Below, piece after piece: positions 19,164-29,948 of a stretch of DNA of 64,000 nucleotides; positions within the stretch are counted from its first letter, which is position 1, and the number at the start of each line of letters is the position of its first letter. Below the pieces are notes generated by a model. That model was not told the DNA's origin, did no database searches, and saw only the letters and a list, made by a program, of their open reading frames with translations. The stretch is taken from positions 672,001 to 736,000 of the forward strand of contig CAVXVB010000009.1 in NCBI GenBank assembly GCA_963765205.1, read 5' to 3'. The position numbers and the translations under genes are program-made. Source of the DNA: an uncultured Verrucomicrobiae bacterium (GTDB lineage: Bacteria; Verrucomicrobiota; Verrucomicrobiia; Opitutales; JABDGR01).

Positions 19164-20014
19164 ATATCTGCCGCTTCAAAAACCAGCGCGATGAAATCCG
19201 TCTCGGCCTGGTGACAGACGGGGCGCTCCTTGACCTCACACCCGCGGGCCTGACCAGCCTGGGCGCGTTGCTCGAAAGCGACGACCCCGTGGCGCAGTTG
19301 CGGGAAGCCGCCCAGCGCGGCCTGCCCCGGATGGTGTGGGCTGATGTTCGGCTGTGCGCGCCCGTGGAACGCCAGGAGATTTGGGCCGCAGGTGTTACCT
19401 ATCTTCGCAGCAAGACCGCGCGCATGGCGGAATCTGATTTCAGCGCGACCGCCTACGACCGCGTTTACGTTGCTGAACGCCCGGAGATTTTCTTCAAAGC
19501 TCTCGCCGAGAAAGTCGTCCCAACCGGAGAGCCGGTGGGCATCCGCCAGGACGCAAAGTGGAATGTGCCGGAGCCGGAGTTGGCCTTGGTGTTCAATTCC
19601 CGGGGAAAAATCGTCGGCCACACCATCGGTAATGACATGAGTTCGCGGGACATCGAAGGTGAGAATTTGCTCTATTTGCCGCAGGCCAAAACCTACTATC
19701 GTTCCTGCGCGCTCGGGCCGTGGATCCGCCTCGGCGCGGACGAGGCGGCCGCGCGGGAATGGAAAATCCGCATCGCCATTGAGCGCCACGGCCAGCGTGT
19801 CTTTACCGGCGAAACGTCCATCAGCCAAATCAAGCGAAGGTTCGCGGAACTGGCCGATTATCTCTTTCGCAGCCAGGTCTTCCCGCACGGCGTCGTCCTC
19901 CTCACCGGCACCGGCATCGTCCCGCCCGACGGCTTCACGCTTAAGGAACAGGATATGGTCGAGATTGAGATCACCGGCCTCGGCGTGCTGCGGAATCCGG
20001 TGATGGTCGTGTAG
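19160..20014 (+). CDS. FAH-family protein, likely 2-keto-3-deoxy-pentonate dehydratase (XylX-like)
   Basis: WAAGVTYLRS, RPEIFFK, PEPEL, GNDMSSRDIEGENLLYLPQAK, LLTGTGIVP; start overlaps the MFS stop. Confidence 0.88.
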   Translation: MNICRFKNQRDEIRLGLVTDGALLDLTPAGLTSLGALLESDDPVAQLREAAQRGLPRMVWADVRLCAPVERQEIWAAGVTYLRSKTARMAESDFSATAYDRVYVAERPEIFFKALAEKVVPTGEPVGIRQDAKWNVPEPELALVFNSRGKIVGHTIGNDMSSRDIEGENLLYLPQAKTYYRSCALGPWIRLGADEAAAREWKIRIAIERHGQRVFTGETSISQIKRRFAELADYLFRSQVFPHGVVLLTGTGIVPPDGFTLKEQDMVEIEITGLGVLRNPVMVV

Positions 20015-20057
20015 TGGGCTGCTTCGCCGACCCGATCACGAGCGTAAGGCGAAGCCT

Positions 20058-20086
20058 ATGGAGTGCGGCGGCACGCCGCCGCTTTT
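20058..20086. repeat. REP-like palindrome
   Basis: tggagtgcggcggcacgccgccgcttt hairpin. Confidence 0.55.
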
Positions 20087-20250
20087 CTTCCGCGTCCCGC
20101 TGTAGCGGGATCGCGCGGTTCAACGCTTGCATGGGCATATATAAAACTTGTTTCGTGTTGCGTATTGGAATAGACAAAAAGGCGAAGATGAGCATCCTTA
20201 AGAATTTTTCTTGGATTGTTTGCGTTCTTGAACGCTTCCCGCGAGGGTGC

Positions 20251-23200
20251 ATGACGGTGAGTTTTTTTTGGATCCTTCTATTGGCCGCACTGCCTTGGCT
20301 TTCATCTCGTGCGGCTGACCTTTATGTGGTTTCCGATTACACGACAATTGTAACGTATTCGCCTGATGGAAGCGTTCAACCATTCCCAACGAACCCGGCA
20401 ATCGTGCTAAACACTGCACCCCTCGTGCGTGATTACTTGGTTGGCTTTGCCGTGGATGCAAGCGGGAACGTTTTCCTTGGGTATCAGGAGCAAAACTTTA
20501 ATACTATCAACCAGACATATGCCTATTTTATTCTTAAATATTCTCCGACGGGGCAGTTACTAGCACAGTACAATCTGAATGGCCTCTCCGAAAATGATGA
20601 TCTTGGCATCAGCGGCATGGCGACGGATCAAAACAACAATCTTTATGTGGTTTCCGATTACACGACAATTGTAACGTATTCGCCTGATGGAAGCGTTCAA
20701 CCATTCCCAACGAACCCGGCAATCGTGCTAAACACTGCACCCCTCGTGCGTGATTACTTGGTTGGCTTTGCCGTGGATGCAAGCGGGAACGTTTTCCTTG
20801 GGTATCAGGAGCAAAACTTTAATACTATCAACCAGACATATGCCTATTTTATTCTTAAATATTCTCCGACGGGGCAGTTACTAGCACAGTACAATCTGAA
20901 TGGCCTCTCCGAAAATGATGATCTTGGCATCAGCGGCATGGCGACGGATCAAAACAACAATCTTTATGTGGTTTCCGATTACACGACAATTGTAACGTAT
21001 TCGCCTGATGGAAGCGTTCAACCATTCCCAACGAACCCGGCAATCGTGCTAAACACTGCACCCCTCGTGCGTGATTACTTGGTTGGCTTTGCCGTGGATG
21101 CAAGCGGGAACGTTTTCCTTGGGTATCAGGAGCAAAACTTTAATACTATCAACCAGACATATGCCTATTTTATTCTTAAATATTCTCCGACGGGGCAGTT
21201 ACTAGCACAGTACAATCTGAATGGCCTCTCCGAAAATGATGATCTTGGCATCAGCGGCATGGCGACCCAACCCGCTACCCCCGCAACCACCACGCTGCGC
21301 CGGGCGACGACGGTGATGAATGACGGCCCGGATTATGGTGTAGACACGCCCTTGATACCTTCAACTGATGCCACGACGCTGCATAATTTCCCGACCGTGA
21401 CCAATGGCTTGGTCGCTGATGGGGTGACGCCGCTCATCCTGGAATTCGACGGCTTGGCGCCCGGCAATTACACAATTAACGTGGATAACATCACAGGGGG
21501 CGTCCTCAACATCAATTCAGGCAACGGTGGAGACTCGAATAGACAACTGGCCGGACAGCTTCAAGTCCTCTCCGGCAATAGTTGGATCCCCGGCAATACG
21601 GTCACTGTATCTTCGGCTGGACCTTGCTTTGCCTACATCCAAGGCTTCAAGCCCGAAGCAATTTCTTTTGCGGAGGGATCAACGAATTTGACCGTGCAGA
21701 TGAGCATTCAAGCGGTCGGTGGCGCTGGCTCCAGCATTCCCCTGCCCGTTTTCCAAATTTGCAAGCCGCCTGTCGTGCTCGTGCATGGCTATAACACGCC
21801 AGGTGCCAGCTCATGGTCGAGCAATTTTTTGGCTCAGCTAGAGGTGGACAGACCCGCTAATTTTGTTCAGGCCATCACCTATGCAATACAGTCCTTAAAT
21901 ACAAAGGACACTCTCTTTCACAATGCTGTGTATCTCGACGAGACCCTCAGCGAACCTCGCGGAGTCGAAGACTTGGTTAATGGACCGTTTGCTGGCTGGG
22001 CCTTGACCCGTTATGACCTGGTTTGCCATAGCCAAGGCGGTGTGTTGGCGCGGATGCTCTGCGCCATTGATACGGCATTGCCTTCTGATGTTGAGCCCCA
22101 ACATACCCCTTATCTAACCACCCCTTTCCGCTCGCCGCAAAATTTTCACCGCGGACGTTTTCGAAGAATTATCACCATCGGCGCGCCACAAAACGGCACC
22201 CGCCTGGCTTATTACGTTCTGGCTGCAAAACAAAAGTCCAATGACCCCTATTTTCTTTGGGCACTTCCAGCAATTTTAGGCGATGCCATTCAGCCAAAAT
22301 TTGACCCTTTTGGCGTATTTAGCAACGAGATTCAGGAGATTAACGATCCGAGGTATCCCGTGGATTCCGCCGCCAAGTTTCGACAAATAACTACGAGCAT
22401 CGCTGGGGATCAAGTCCCCGGGACTCCACTAATAAATCCCCTTGCTTACATCGCAACCGGCTTGACCGGATTGGTGCCTGGTCAAGGTTACACCAGCGGC
22501 CAAATCGTTTTTGGTGGTAATAATGGCTCAGCGGCGTTTCCTATTCCCGATTTGATTCATGGCGGAGGTTCGGATGGCGTGGTTGATGTTGTCAGTCAAC
22601 AGGGCGGTCCTGGAAGCATCTCTTCACCATACACCGCTCATGACGTTGCGCACGCGGACTATTTCTGGCTATTCAATGTGGCCCCTGGTCAAAGCGACAC
22701 AACGGATCCAGATGTTGCCGTGGAAGTCGCGGATGACTTGGATAGTCCGGATTCATCCAACGAATTCGGCCCTTTCTATCTCCCGACAAGATATACTCCG
22801 GGCGGGGCTGATCAGCTAGCCATTAATGCTGTGATTTTTGCGAAGAATGAGTCGAATAATCTCTTATATGACACGCCTGGGCCACTGGCGCGCAACATCA
22901 CGCTCCAGAATAATATAGGGTCAAACTTATCAGTTAAAAGTCCTGACGTAGCGGTCCAGGCAACCACAGCGGCCACTACGACTTACTCTTACACCCTTAC
23001 CCCAACCACTGACGAACCACTGCAAGGGAACGTTTCGTGGTTTACTGAGGTTTATGCGCCGGGCGCGGTCACTTACAATGGAGTTACGGTTCAAGTCAAT
23101 TCGGCTGATTCTACGCAAGTGACTGTTTCAGTGGATCCCTCGGTGGTGGGCGATGTCATCCTCCATGCGGTTTACACATCAACGACCGGCGATCTCGTGG

Positions 23201-24175
23201 TTTCGCAACCTGTGGTCGTAGTTTCCATCGCGCCTACCTCCGCGCCGCAAACAGGATTAGCGCTTTCTCCCTCTCCGGCCAGCGTTATTGCCGGGGAAAC
23301 GGTGGATTTGGAACTCGACAACATTTACGACGACGGAACAAGCCAACCTGTTTTTCTCTCCGCCGCAACCCCGGCGCAGTTCACTTCTTCGAATACGTCG
23401 TTGCTTATTGTCAACCCCGATGGCTCGATTCAGGGGGTGGCACCGGGCCAGGTGACGGTGACGGCTTCCTACGGAGGATTCAGCACCCAGGCCAACGTGA
23501 CCATCACCGCGCCAGGGCTGGGGCCGCAGATTACCAGCAGCGGCACGGCGGATGGCGCGTTCAACACGGCTTTTTCTTATCAGATTACGGGGACGAACAA
23601 CCCCACGAGCTTTGGCGCGACCGGGTTGCCCGCGGGTTTGACGGTCAACGCGACCACGGGGCTGATCAGCGGAACGCCGACCGAGAGCGGCACTTTCACG
23701 GTCACGACCAGCGCCGCCAACGCGAGCAACCAGGACACCAACACCCTGACGATGACGGTCGCCCCGCCGATAAACTTCAGCCAATGGGAAGCCACCTATT
23801 CCATCACGAGCGCGGCCACCGCCATTCTCCAGAGCGACGGTATTCCCACCTTGCTGAAATATCTCTACGATCTCGACCCGACGATCCCGGCCGGTTCCGC
23901 GAATCTCTCCGCGTTGCCTTTGGCGGGGATGGACACGACCACGACCCCGGGGACGAGCTACCTCACGCTCACCTACCGCCAGTATGCATTGGCGACCGGC
24001 CTCACGGTCAGCGTGCAAAGCTCTCCCGATTTGGTGAACTGGCAGACCATCATCCCCGACCTCACCCAGCAAATCGGCACCGATCCGGTTACCGGCGATC
24101 CGATTATGGAGGTTGAAGTCAAATACACCGGCCCGAAATTTGCTGTTCCTCCGGTTGAACGTCTCGAGTCCGTAA
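20251..24175 (+). CDS. Large secreted protein: repeat beta-propeller + alpha/beta-hydrolase + Ig-like domains + C-terminal tail
   Basis: Signal peptide; 3x107 aa repeat; PPVVLVHG...DLVCHSQGG...ITIGAPQNG; Big_2-like and He_PIG-like segments (GLPAGLTVNATTGLISGTPT). Removing one T near 24140 gives ...KLLFLRLNVSSP* ending at 24175 and removes the overlap with radC. Confidence 0.8.
20320..21266 (+). repeat. In-frame tandem repeat, 321-nt unit x about 2.95
   Basis: Units start at 20320, 20641 and 20962 and appear identical base for base on inspection. Confidence 0.95.
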
Positions 24176-24325
24176 CTCTCACCCGCCCTTGGATGGCGGG
24201 CCGTGAGGCAAGGTTACTGCTTCCCGCACTCAATTCTGCCAATCACATAGCGCGATTTCGGCTGGACTCATGCGTGGATTGGGCACAATTTCGGATTTGT
24301 GGATGGGCCTGCGCGCAGTCTGGGT

Positions 24326-25099
24326 ATGACGGTTCCCGCGTTTGGGAACCAATACGCCCCTGCGCCCATGCGCGACCGGGTGGTGCGCGAAACTGCGCCG
24401 ACCCTCAAGGAAATGGCGCCCAGCCAGCGCCCCCAGGAACGTCTCGAGACAAACGGTCCCGGCGCACTCAGCGACACGGAATTGCTCGCCATGCTCCTGC
24501 GGAGCGGGAGCGCGGGGCTGGACGTGCTCAAGGTCTCCGGCACGTTGCTGGCCGCAGCCGGCTCGCTTGCCGCGCTGCTGTCGTGGAAGGCCGAGGATTT
24601 CCGCTGCGTGAAAGGCATCGGGCGGGTCAAGGCGCTCCAAATGGTCACGGTTATGGAAGTGGCCCGCCGGGTGGTCGCGCAAGCGGCCGCGCACGATAAC
24701 GAGAACCTGGCCACGCCGCAATTGGTTTACCAGCACTTCATGCCGATCATTGCCGGTCTCGAGGTCGAAAAATTCTGGATTCTCTGCCTGAACCGCAAGC
24801 ACCGCCTCCTCAAGCGCAGCGAAGTCACCTCCGGCACCGCGAACAGCAGCCTTTCTCATCCGCGGGAAGTCTTTCGCGAAGCCATTCGCTGCAACGCCAG
24901 TGTCATCGTCGCCGTGCATAACCACCCCAGTGGCGACCCCGCCCCGAGCAAGGCCGATCTGGAAATCACCCGGCAACTGCGCCAGGCCGCCGAAATCATC
25001 GGCATTGAATTACTTGACCATGTCATCCTCGGCCAACCCGGCGCCGATCCGCAGCATCTGGGCTATTTTTCCTGCCGGCAGGCGGGCTTGTTCGCTTAA
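24326..25099 (+). CDS. radC: RadC/JAB domain protein
   Basis: RPQERL...LSDTELLAMLL, GIGRVKA, HPREVF, HNHPSGDPAPSKAD, LLDHVI. Confidence 0.93.
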   Translation: MTVPAFGNQYAPAPMRDRVVRETAPTLKEMAPSQRPQERLETNGPGALSDTELLAMLLRSGSAGLDVLKVSGTLLAAAGSLAALLSWKAEDFRCVKGIGRVKALQMVTVMEVARRVVAQAAAHDNENLATPQLVYQHFMPIIAGLEVEKFWILCLNRKHRLLKRSEVTSGTANSSLSHPREVFREAIRCNASVIVAVHNHPSGDPAPSKADLEITRQLRQAAEIIGIELLDHVILGQPGADPQHLGYFSCRQAGLFA

Positions 25100-26632
25100 A
25101 CCGGCGCGGCGCCGGTCGTTTCATTCGCGAGCAGGTCGGCGAAATTCCGGTTCAGCGCCGGGCCTGATTCAAACTCCGTCAGGGCGGACAGGTAGGCTGG
25201 AACCAGCGCATCGGTCGCCAGCAAAGTTGCATCCCCGGCGGTGTTTCCGACGATGTCGAGGTCATGGTGGAATGCGCCAAGGGTGAGTTGGTGCAGTGGC
25301 TGGCCGGGCTGGTAGCGCAGTTCCAGATTGTCATTCGCGTTGGCGACCTCGACCAGGCTCACCAATTTCAAGTCTATCATCCGGCCCAAGCCCTCGTTGA
25401 GAATGGCGGCCGGCACCCGCAGGGCATTCGCCAGTTCCTCGGAACGTTGGCCCGGGCTGCTGGCGGAGAAATGCGCGGGCAATTTGCAAAAACGCCGCCA
25501 GATTCAAGAGCCGCCGCGTGCGCGGGCTGACCTGGTTCCAGAGGCGGTCCGCAGTGATGATATTGGCGTTCTGCACCGCGTAGGTGAGCAACCCGCCAAA
25601 AAGCACCATGGTCCAGAAAACATACAGTCCAAACATCAGAATGGGAATGATGCCCACGGAACCGTAGAGACTCATGCGGTTGAGCACCATGGAGACGTAG
25701 AGGAAGGAGAGGTAGTTGTTCAGAATCAGGCCCATTGCCACCACCATGCCGCCGAGCAGCGCCGGCCCCCACCGCACGCGGGTGTTGGGAATGAACCGGT
25801 AAAACACCGCCAGCAATAGCGTGAGCAGCACAAACGCCAGCAGATGCGTCACCCCGGTGAAATTGCCCAGGATATCCCGCCCCCAGGCGGGCAGTTTGTC
25901 TTTGGCGATGCTGCCGAGGGTGGCTGCGGAGAGCACGACCGCGGTGGTAAACGCCGCCAGCACACCCAGGCTGAAAACCGTCCCATACAGAACGATGCGC
26001 CGTAAAATGTCCCGCCCCCGCCGCACGCCCCAGATGTTGTTAAAATTGGTCTCAATTGAAACCATCATCTGGATGCAGATAAAAATTAAAAATACGAGGC
26101 CGAACACGCCAATGGTGCGCGAATGGGCGCTGTCCACGAAGCTTTGTATAAAGGCCACCAATTGCTGGTTCACCTGGCTGGGCGCGGTATCCGCGGTTTC
26201 CAACAGCGTGGAGGAGGCTGCCGGGGCGGGCGCATCTGCGGCAGGGTGGTCCGTGGGCGTTGGGCCGGGCGCGTCCTGCTGCGCACCGACGCTGGTCGAA
26301 GGCGCGATGAAGGTGACGATCTGCTGCAAAAGGTTGGTCGTGAACTTCTCGGAATCATTTTGATGCACAAAGCTGGTCAGCATGATCGCGAGCGAGACAA
26401 TCGGCCCCAGCGACATCAGGGAGGCGTAGCTCAGCGCCGCCGCCTGGCTGAACATCTTTTTCGCCAGCACGCCCCGGAAGGTGATGCTCAGGACGCGCAG
26501 GCCCGCGTAAAACCGCCCCCGCGCGGTTTGGTCGAACACGATTTTGTGGTGCCAAATTTCTTCCTGCAATACCTTCCGCGTGTGCCGCAACCACTGCGCG
26601 GCGGAATGGGTTTTGGCAGGCGGCGTGGACAT
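25096..26632 (-). CDS. YihY/BrkB family membrane protein with C-terminal HTH-like tail (frameshift near 25447)
   Basis: AAALSYASLMSLGP, IETNFNNIWGV, YRFIPNTRV, LYGSVG; continues as SEELANALRVP in ORF 25096..25482. Confidence 0.85.
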
Positions 26633-26644
26633 GGCAGCCGCCTC

Positions 26645-27430
26645 TCAGCCGGCCGTGGCCGACATCGCCGTCCACGCGGCCCAGGCCAGATAGCCCATGC
26701 CGCCAACGCCCACCAAGGCAAAGACGATCATGACAGTCAGGTTCAACGTCATGGTGCAAATGAACAAACCCAGGCCTGCGCAGACGGAGGCCACCATGCC
26801 AGCGTGATCGCCCAGCGACCAGTAGGTGAGCAAAAAGAAACCCAGGCCAAGCATGGCGCGAAAACGCACGAGCGGGAACAGGCTAAACACGTTCAGAAAA
26901 AGGCCTAGCGCCAGCAAAAAGTCGAACAACCCGACCAGTGCGAAGGGCTGGTGCAGCACACTCTCAAATTTCCCGGTAAACAAATCCACGATCACTGAGT
27001 AGCGCGGCAGGCTGTTCGCCAGCCCGCTCAACAACATCATCACGGTCAGGACGGGCATGGACAAGCTGGCCGCGCGGTCCAGCTTCTTCTGCGTGTCCTT
27101 GAGGTGCTTGGTGTCTGTTGTCTGGCCCTCGGAGGCCGCCAGCAACTGCTCGACGGTAATGCCTGGCTTGCCCTCATCCTCCGGATTGTTGAGTTGCTGG
27201 AACGTGACCTTTTCATCGCCTTTCTTCAGGCCGATTTTCTTGCGCTCGGGGAATAGAAAGGCCTTCAATTCTTCGCTTTCGCCGACGACAAACCATTCAC
27301 TTTTCGTTTCGTCCGCCACTTGGGTGGTTAGCGTAATTTTGCCCGCATCGGCGAGAGAGGTCATTTGCTCGTCGTCGAACGGCCCGCTGACGTCGCCGCC
27401 CTCGGTCTGTCGGATGTAGAATTCGCCCAT
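26645..27430 (-). CDS. GYF_2/DUF4339-like membrane protein
   Basis: FYIR...SGPF..EQMTSLADAGKITLTTQV...W, followed by several TM helices. Confidence 0.75.
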   Translation of the reverse strand: MGEFYIRQTEGGDVSGPFDDEQMTSLADAGKITLTTQVADETKSEWFVVGESEELKAFLFPERKKIGLKKGDEKVTFQQLNNPEDEGKPGITVEQLLAASEGQTTDTKHLKDTQKKLDRAASLSMPVLTVMMLLSGLANSLPRYSVIVDLFTGKFESVLHQPFALVGLFDFLLALGLFLNVFSLFPLVRFRAMLGLGFFLLTYWSLGDHAGMVASVCAGLGLFICTMTLNLTVMIVFALVGVGGMGYLAWAAWTAMSATAG

Positions 27431-27484
27431 GAGCGGGGGCATTAAAACCGCAACGACCCCGACTCCGCAAGCTAAAAGCCGCCG

Positions 27485-28547
27485 TTAGCGCATTTTCCAC
27501 GCCGGTCCGGTCGGGGGGGGCGGCGCGGCCAGCCAGGCGGCGATTTGGTCGCGTAAGAACGCAATCCAGGCAGGATGCTCGTTTAGGCAGGGGATCAGTG
27601 CGAACTCCCGGCCGCCCGCAGCCATAAATATTTCCTTTCCGCGCAGGGCGATTTCCTCGATGGTTTCCAGGCAGTCACTCACGAAGGCCGGGCTGGCCAC
27701 GAGCAACCGTTTCACGCCTTCGCCGGGCAAATCGCGCAGGCGGTAGTCGGTGTAAGGCGTCAGCCAGGGTTCCCGCCCGAGCCGGCTTTGGAAGGAAATC
27801 TCGAATTGTCCGCTCCGCAAGCCCAGTTGGGCGGCGACCAATGCCGCCGACCGCAGGCATTGGTGGCGGTAACAGGTGGCGTGGGCGGGGTGGCAGCCAT
27901 CGCAGCAATCCGGTCGGCTCAGGCAATGTGCATGCGAAGCGTCGCTCACCTGCAAATGACGGTAAGGTATGCCGTGGAAGGAAAATAGAAGTTTGTCGAA
28001 GCCCTGCGCCAAGGCTGGGCGCATGGAATCAGCGAGCGCGGCAATGTAGGCGGGATGGTCGTAAAACGGTGGCATTGTGTCCACCGGCACGCCGGGCAAT
28101 TGTGCGGCGAGGATTTTTTCCGCCTGCACCGTGGCTGTTTCGTAGCTCGACATCGCATATTGCGGATAGAGTGGAACGATCAGCACCCGCGTGGCCCCGG
28201 CCTGGCGCAACGCGCTGACCACGCTTGCCACCGATGGCTCGCCATAGCGCATCGCCACCGCCACGTTCGCCGCCGGCCCCACTTGTGCTTGGAACCTTCT
28301 TTTGCACATTCCGGCTGGTCACCACCAGCGGCGAGCCTTCCGGCGTCCAGATTTTGGCATAGGCTTCCGCCGAGTTGCGCGGGCGGGTGGGCAGGATAAA
28401 CAGATTGAGCACCAGCCAGCGCAGCGGCGCGGGCGTGTCGAGCACGCGCCCGTCACCCAAAAACTCAGCCAGATAGAGCCGCACGTCCGCCACCGACGGC
28501 GAAGCGGGCGAGCCAAGGTTGAGCAGTAAAACAGCGGGCGAGGGCAT
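27485..28547 (-). CDS. hemH: Ferrochelatase (frameshift near 28295)
   Basis: [50 protein letters not shown]. Confidence 0.93.
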
Positions 28548-28568
28548 GGCGTAAAAACAAATTTATAT

Positions 28569-29948
28569 TTATTCCCCGGCGCCTGGCGACAGATTTAGTG
28601 CGCGCAAACCCGCCGCCTGGCCGGTGGCCAGACATTGCGGCACCGACACCCCGCCGCGATACGAACCCGCCAGCGTCAGGCCCGGCCACGCCCGCTCCGT
28701 CCCTTCGATGGCCGCCAGCATCGCGCCATGATCCAAGTTGTATTGCGGAATGGCCCGCGGCCAACGGACGATTTTTTGAAAGATCGGTGGGGCGGAAACG
28801 GCCAACAACTTCTTCAAATCCACGAGTACCCGCGCCACCAATTCCAAGTCAGGCAGCGCAGCCAAATCCGGCTGCCGCGCTCCACCAACGAACACCGTCA
28901 GCAACACATTTCCGGTTGGCGCGCGTTCCGGAAACAGCGTGGAATTAAACATTACACCCAATACCGAAAACATTTCCACTGCGGGGATCAACACGCCAAA
29001 ACCATTCAACGGATGGCCGACGCCTTGACGGGGAAACCCCAGCGAGACCACGCTCACAGGCGGGTGGACAATTTTTCCCAGCGGGGCGAGGTGCGCTTGA
29101 AGCTCAAGTGGCAAAGGCAAATCTGCCAGCGCATGGGCCGGCACGGCGAGTGTTACGCCATCGAATTTTTCCAAAGCGCGGTTCGTCGGGGTCGTCCACG
29201 CTGCTGTCCAGGCACTGGTTTGGTCGAGCGCGAGGGAGTTTAGTTGAGCCCGCAGCACGAGCGCGTCGCCCATTTGCGTTGCGAGCGCACACGGCAGTGC
29301 CGCCGCGCCGTCGCGAAAGGAAATCAGTCGCGGCGTTTCGCCGGCCGGGCGCTTTTTCCGGGCTTGCAAGAGACCTCGCAATATCGAACCCGATCCCGTT
29401 TCCAAAGCGTGCAAACGCGGCAGGGCGTAGCGCGCGGAAAGCTTTTCCGGGTCGCCCGCAAAAACGCCTGCGACAAACGGCTCCAATCCGTAAGTGTATG
29501 CCTCCGCACCCAGTCGCCGCCGCGCGAAGTCGGCCAAACTCTCGTCTCCTGATGCGCCGGCGGGCCGTGCTTTCGCCCACGGCTCGCCGAGTAGGCGCAG
29601 TTTTGCGGCTGGGGATAGCAATGGCGTCGTCAAAAAACGCCCCACTAACGTCGGAACGGACACCAGTTTTCCGTTGCGCACGATAAATCGTTCACGCGCA
29701 GTGGGTGCGGCTTGGACAATTTCATTTTCCAAGCCAAGATCAGCGAGCAATTTTATAAACGCCGGGCTGGAGGCCATCAGTGTATTCGGGCCGGTTTCGG
29801 CTAAAAAACCGGCTTCACGTGATGATTGCACGACGCCGCCTGGCTGCGCTGTCAGTTCAAGTAGGCGAACTTCCGCACCGGCGCGCCGAGCCCGCCAAGC
29901 CGCGCCCAGCCCGGCCAACCCGCCGCCGATGACCAGCAGTCGTTTCAT
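28569..29948 (-). CDS. hemY: HemY-type FAD protoporphyrinogen oxidase
   Basis: GGGLAG FAD motif, ETGPNT, GVFAGDP..LS, WPRAIPQY. Confidence 0.92.
   Translation of the reverse strand: MKRLLVIGGGLAGLGAAWRARRAGAEVRLLELTAQPGGVVQSSREAGFLAETGPNTLMASSPAFIKLLADLGLENEIVQAAPTARERFIVRNGKLVSVPTLVGRFLTTPLLSPAAKLRLLGEPWAKARPAGASGDESLADFARRRLGAEAYTYGLEPFVAGVFAGDPEKLSARYALPRLHALETGSGSILRGLLQARKKRPAGETPRLISFRDGAAALPCALATQMGDALVLRAQLNSLALDQTSAWTAAWTTPTNRALEKFDGVTLAVPAHALADLPLPLELQAHLAPLGKIVHPPVSVVSLGFPRQGVGHPLNGFGVLIPAVEMFSVLGVMFNSTLFPERAPTGNVLLTVFVGGARQPDLAALPDLELVARVLVDLKKLLAVSAPPIFQKIVRWPRAIPQYNLDHGAMLAAIEGTERAWPGLTLAGSYRGGVSVPQCLATGQAAGLRALNLSPGAGE

Noticed and set aside
20320..21266. CRISPR array or DGR template/variable repeats
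   Set aside because: Units are 321 nt, in frame, without spacers or adenine-specific differences; no cas or reverse transcriptase gene in the window.
24176..24699. C-terminal extension of the 1561-aa ORF over radC
   Set aside because: Caused by an extra T near 24140; the extension is just an alternative frame of radC.
24326..25099. radC as a mobile-element or defence marker
   Set aside because: Full-length chromosomal type with host-like codon usage and no linked mobile genes.
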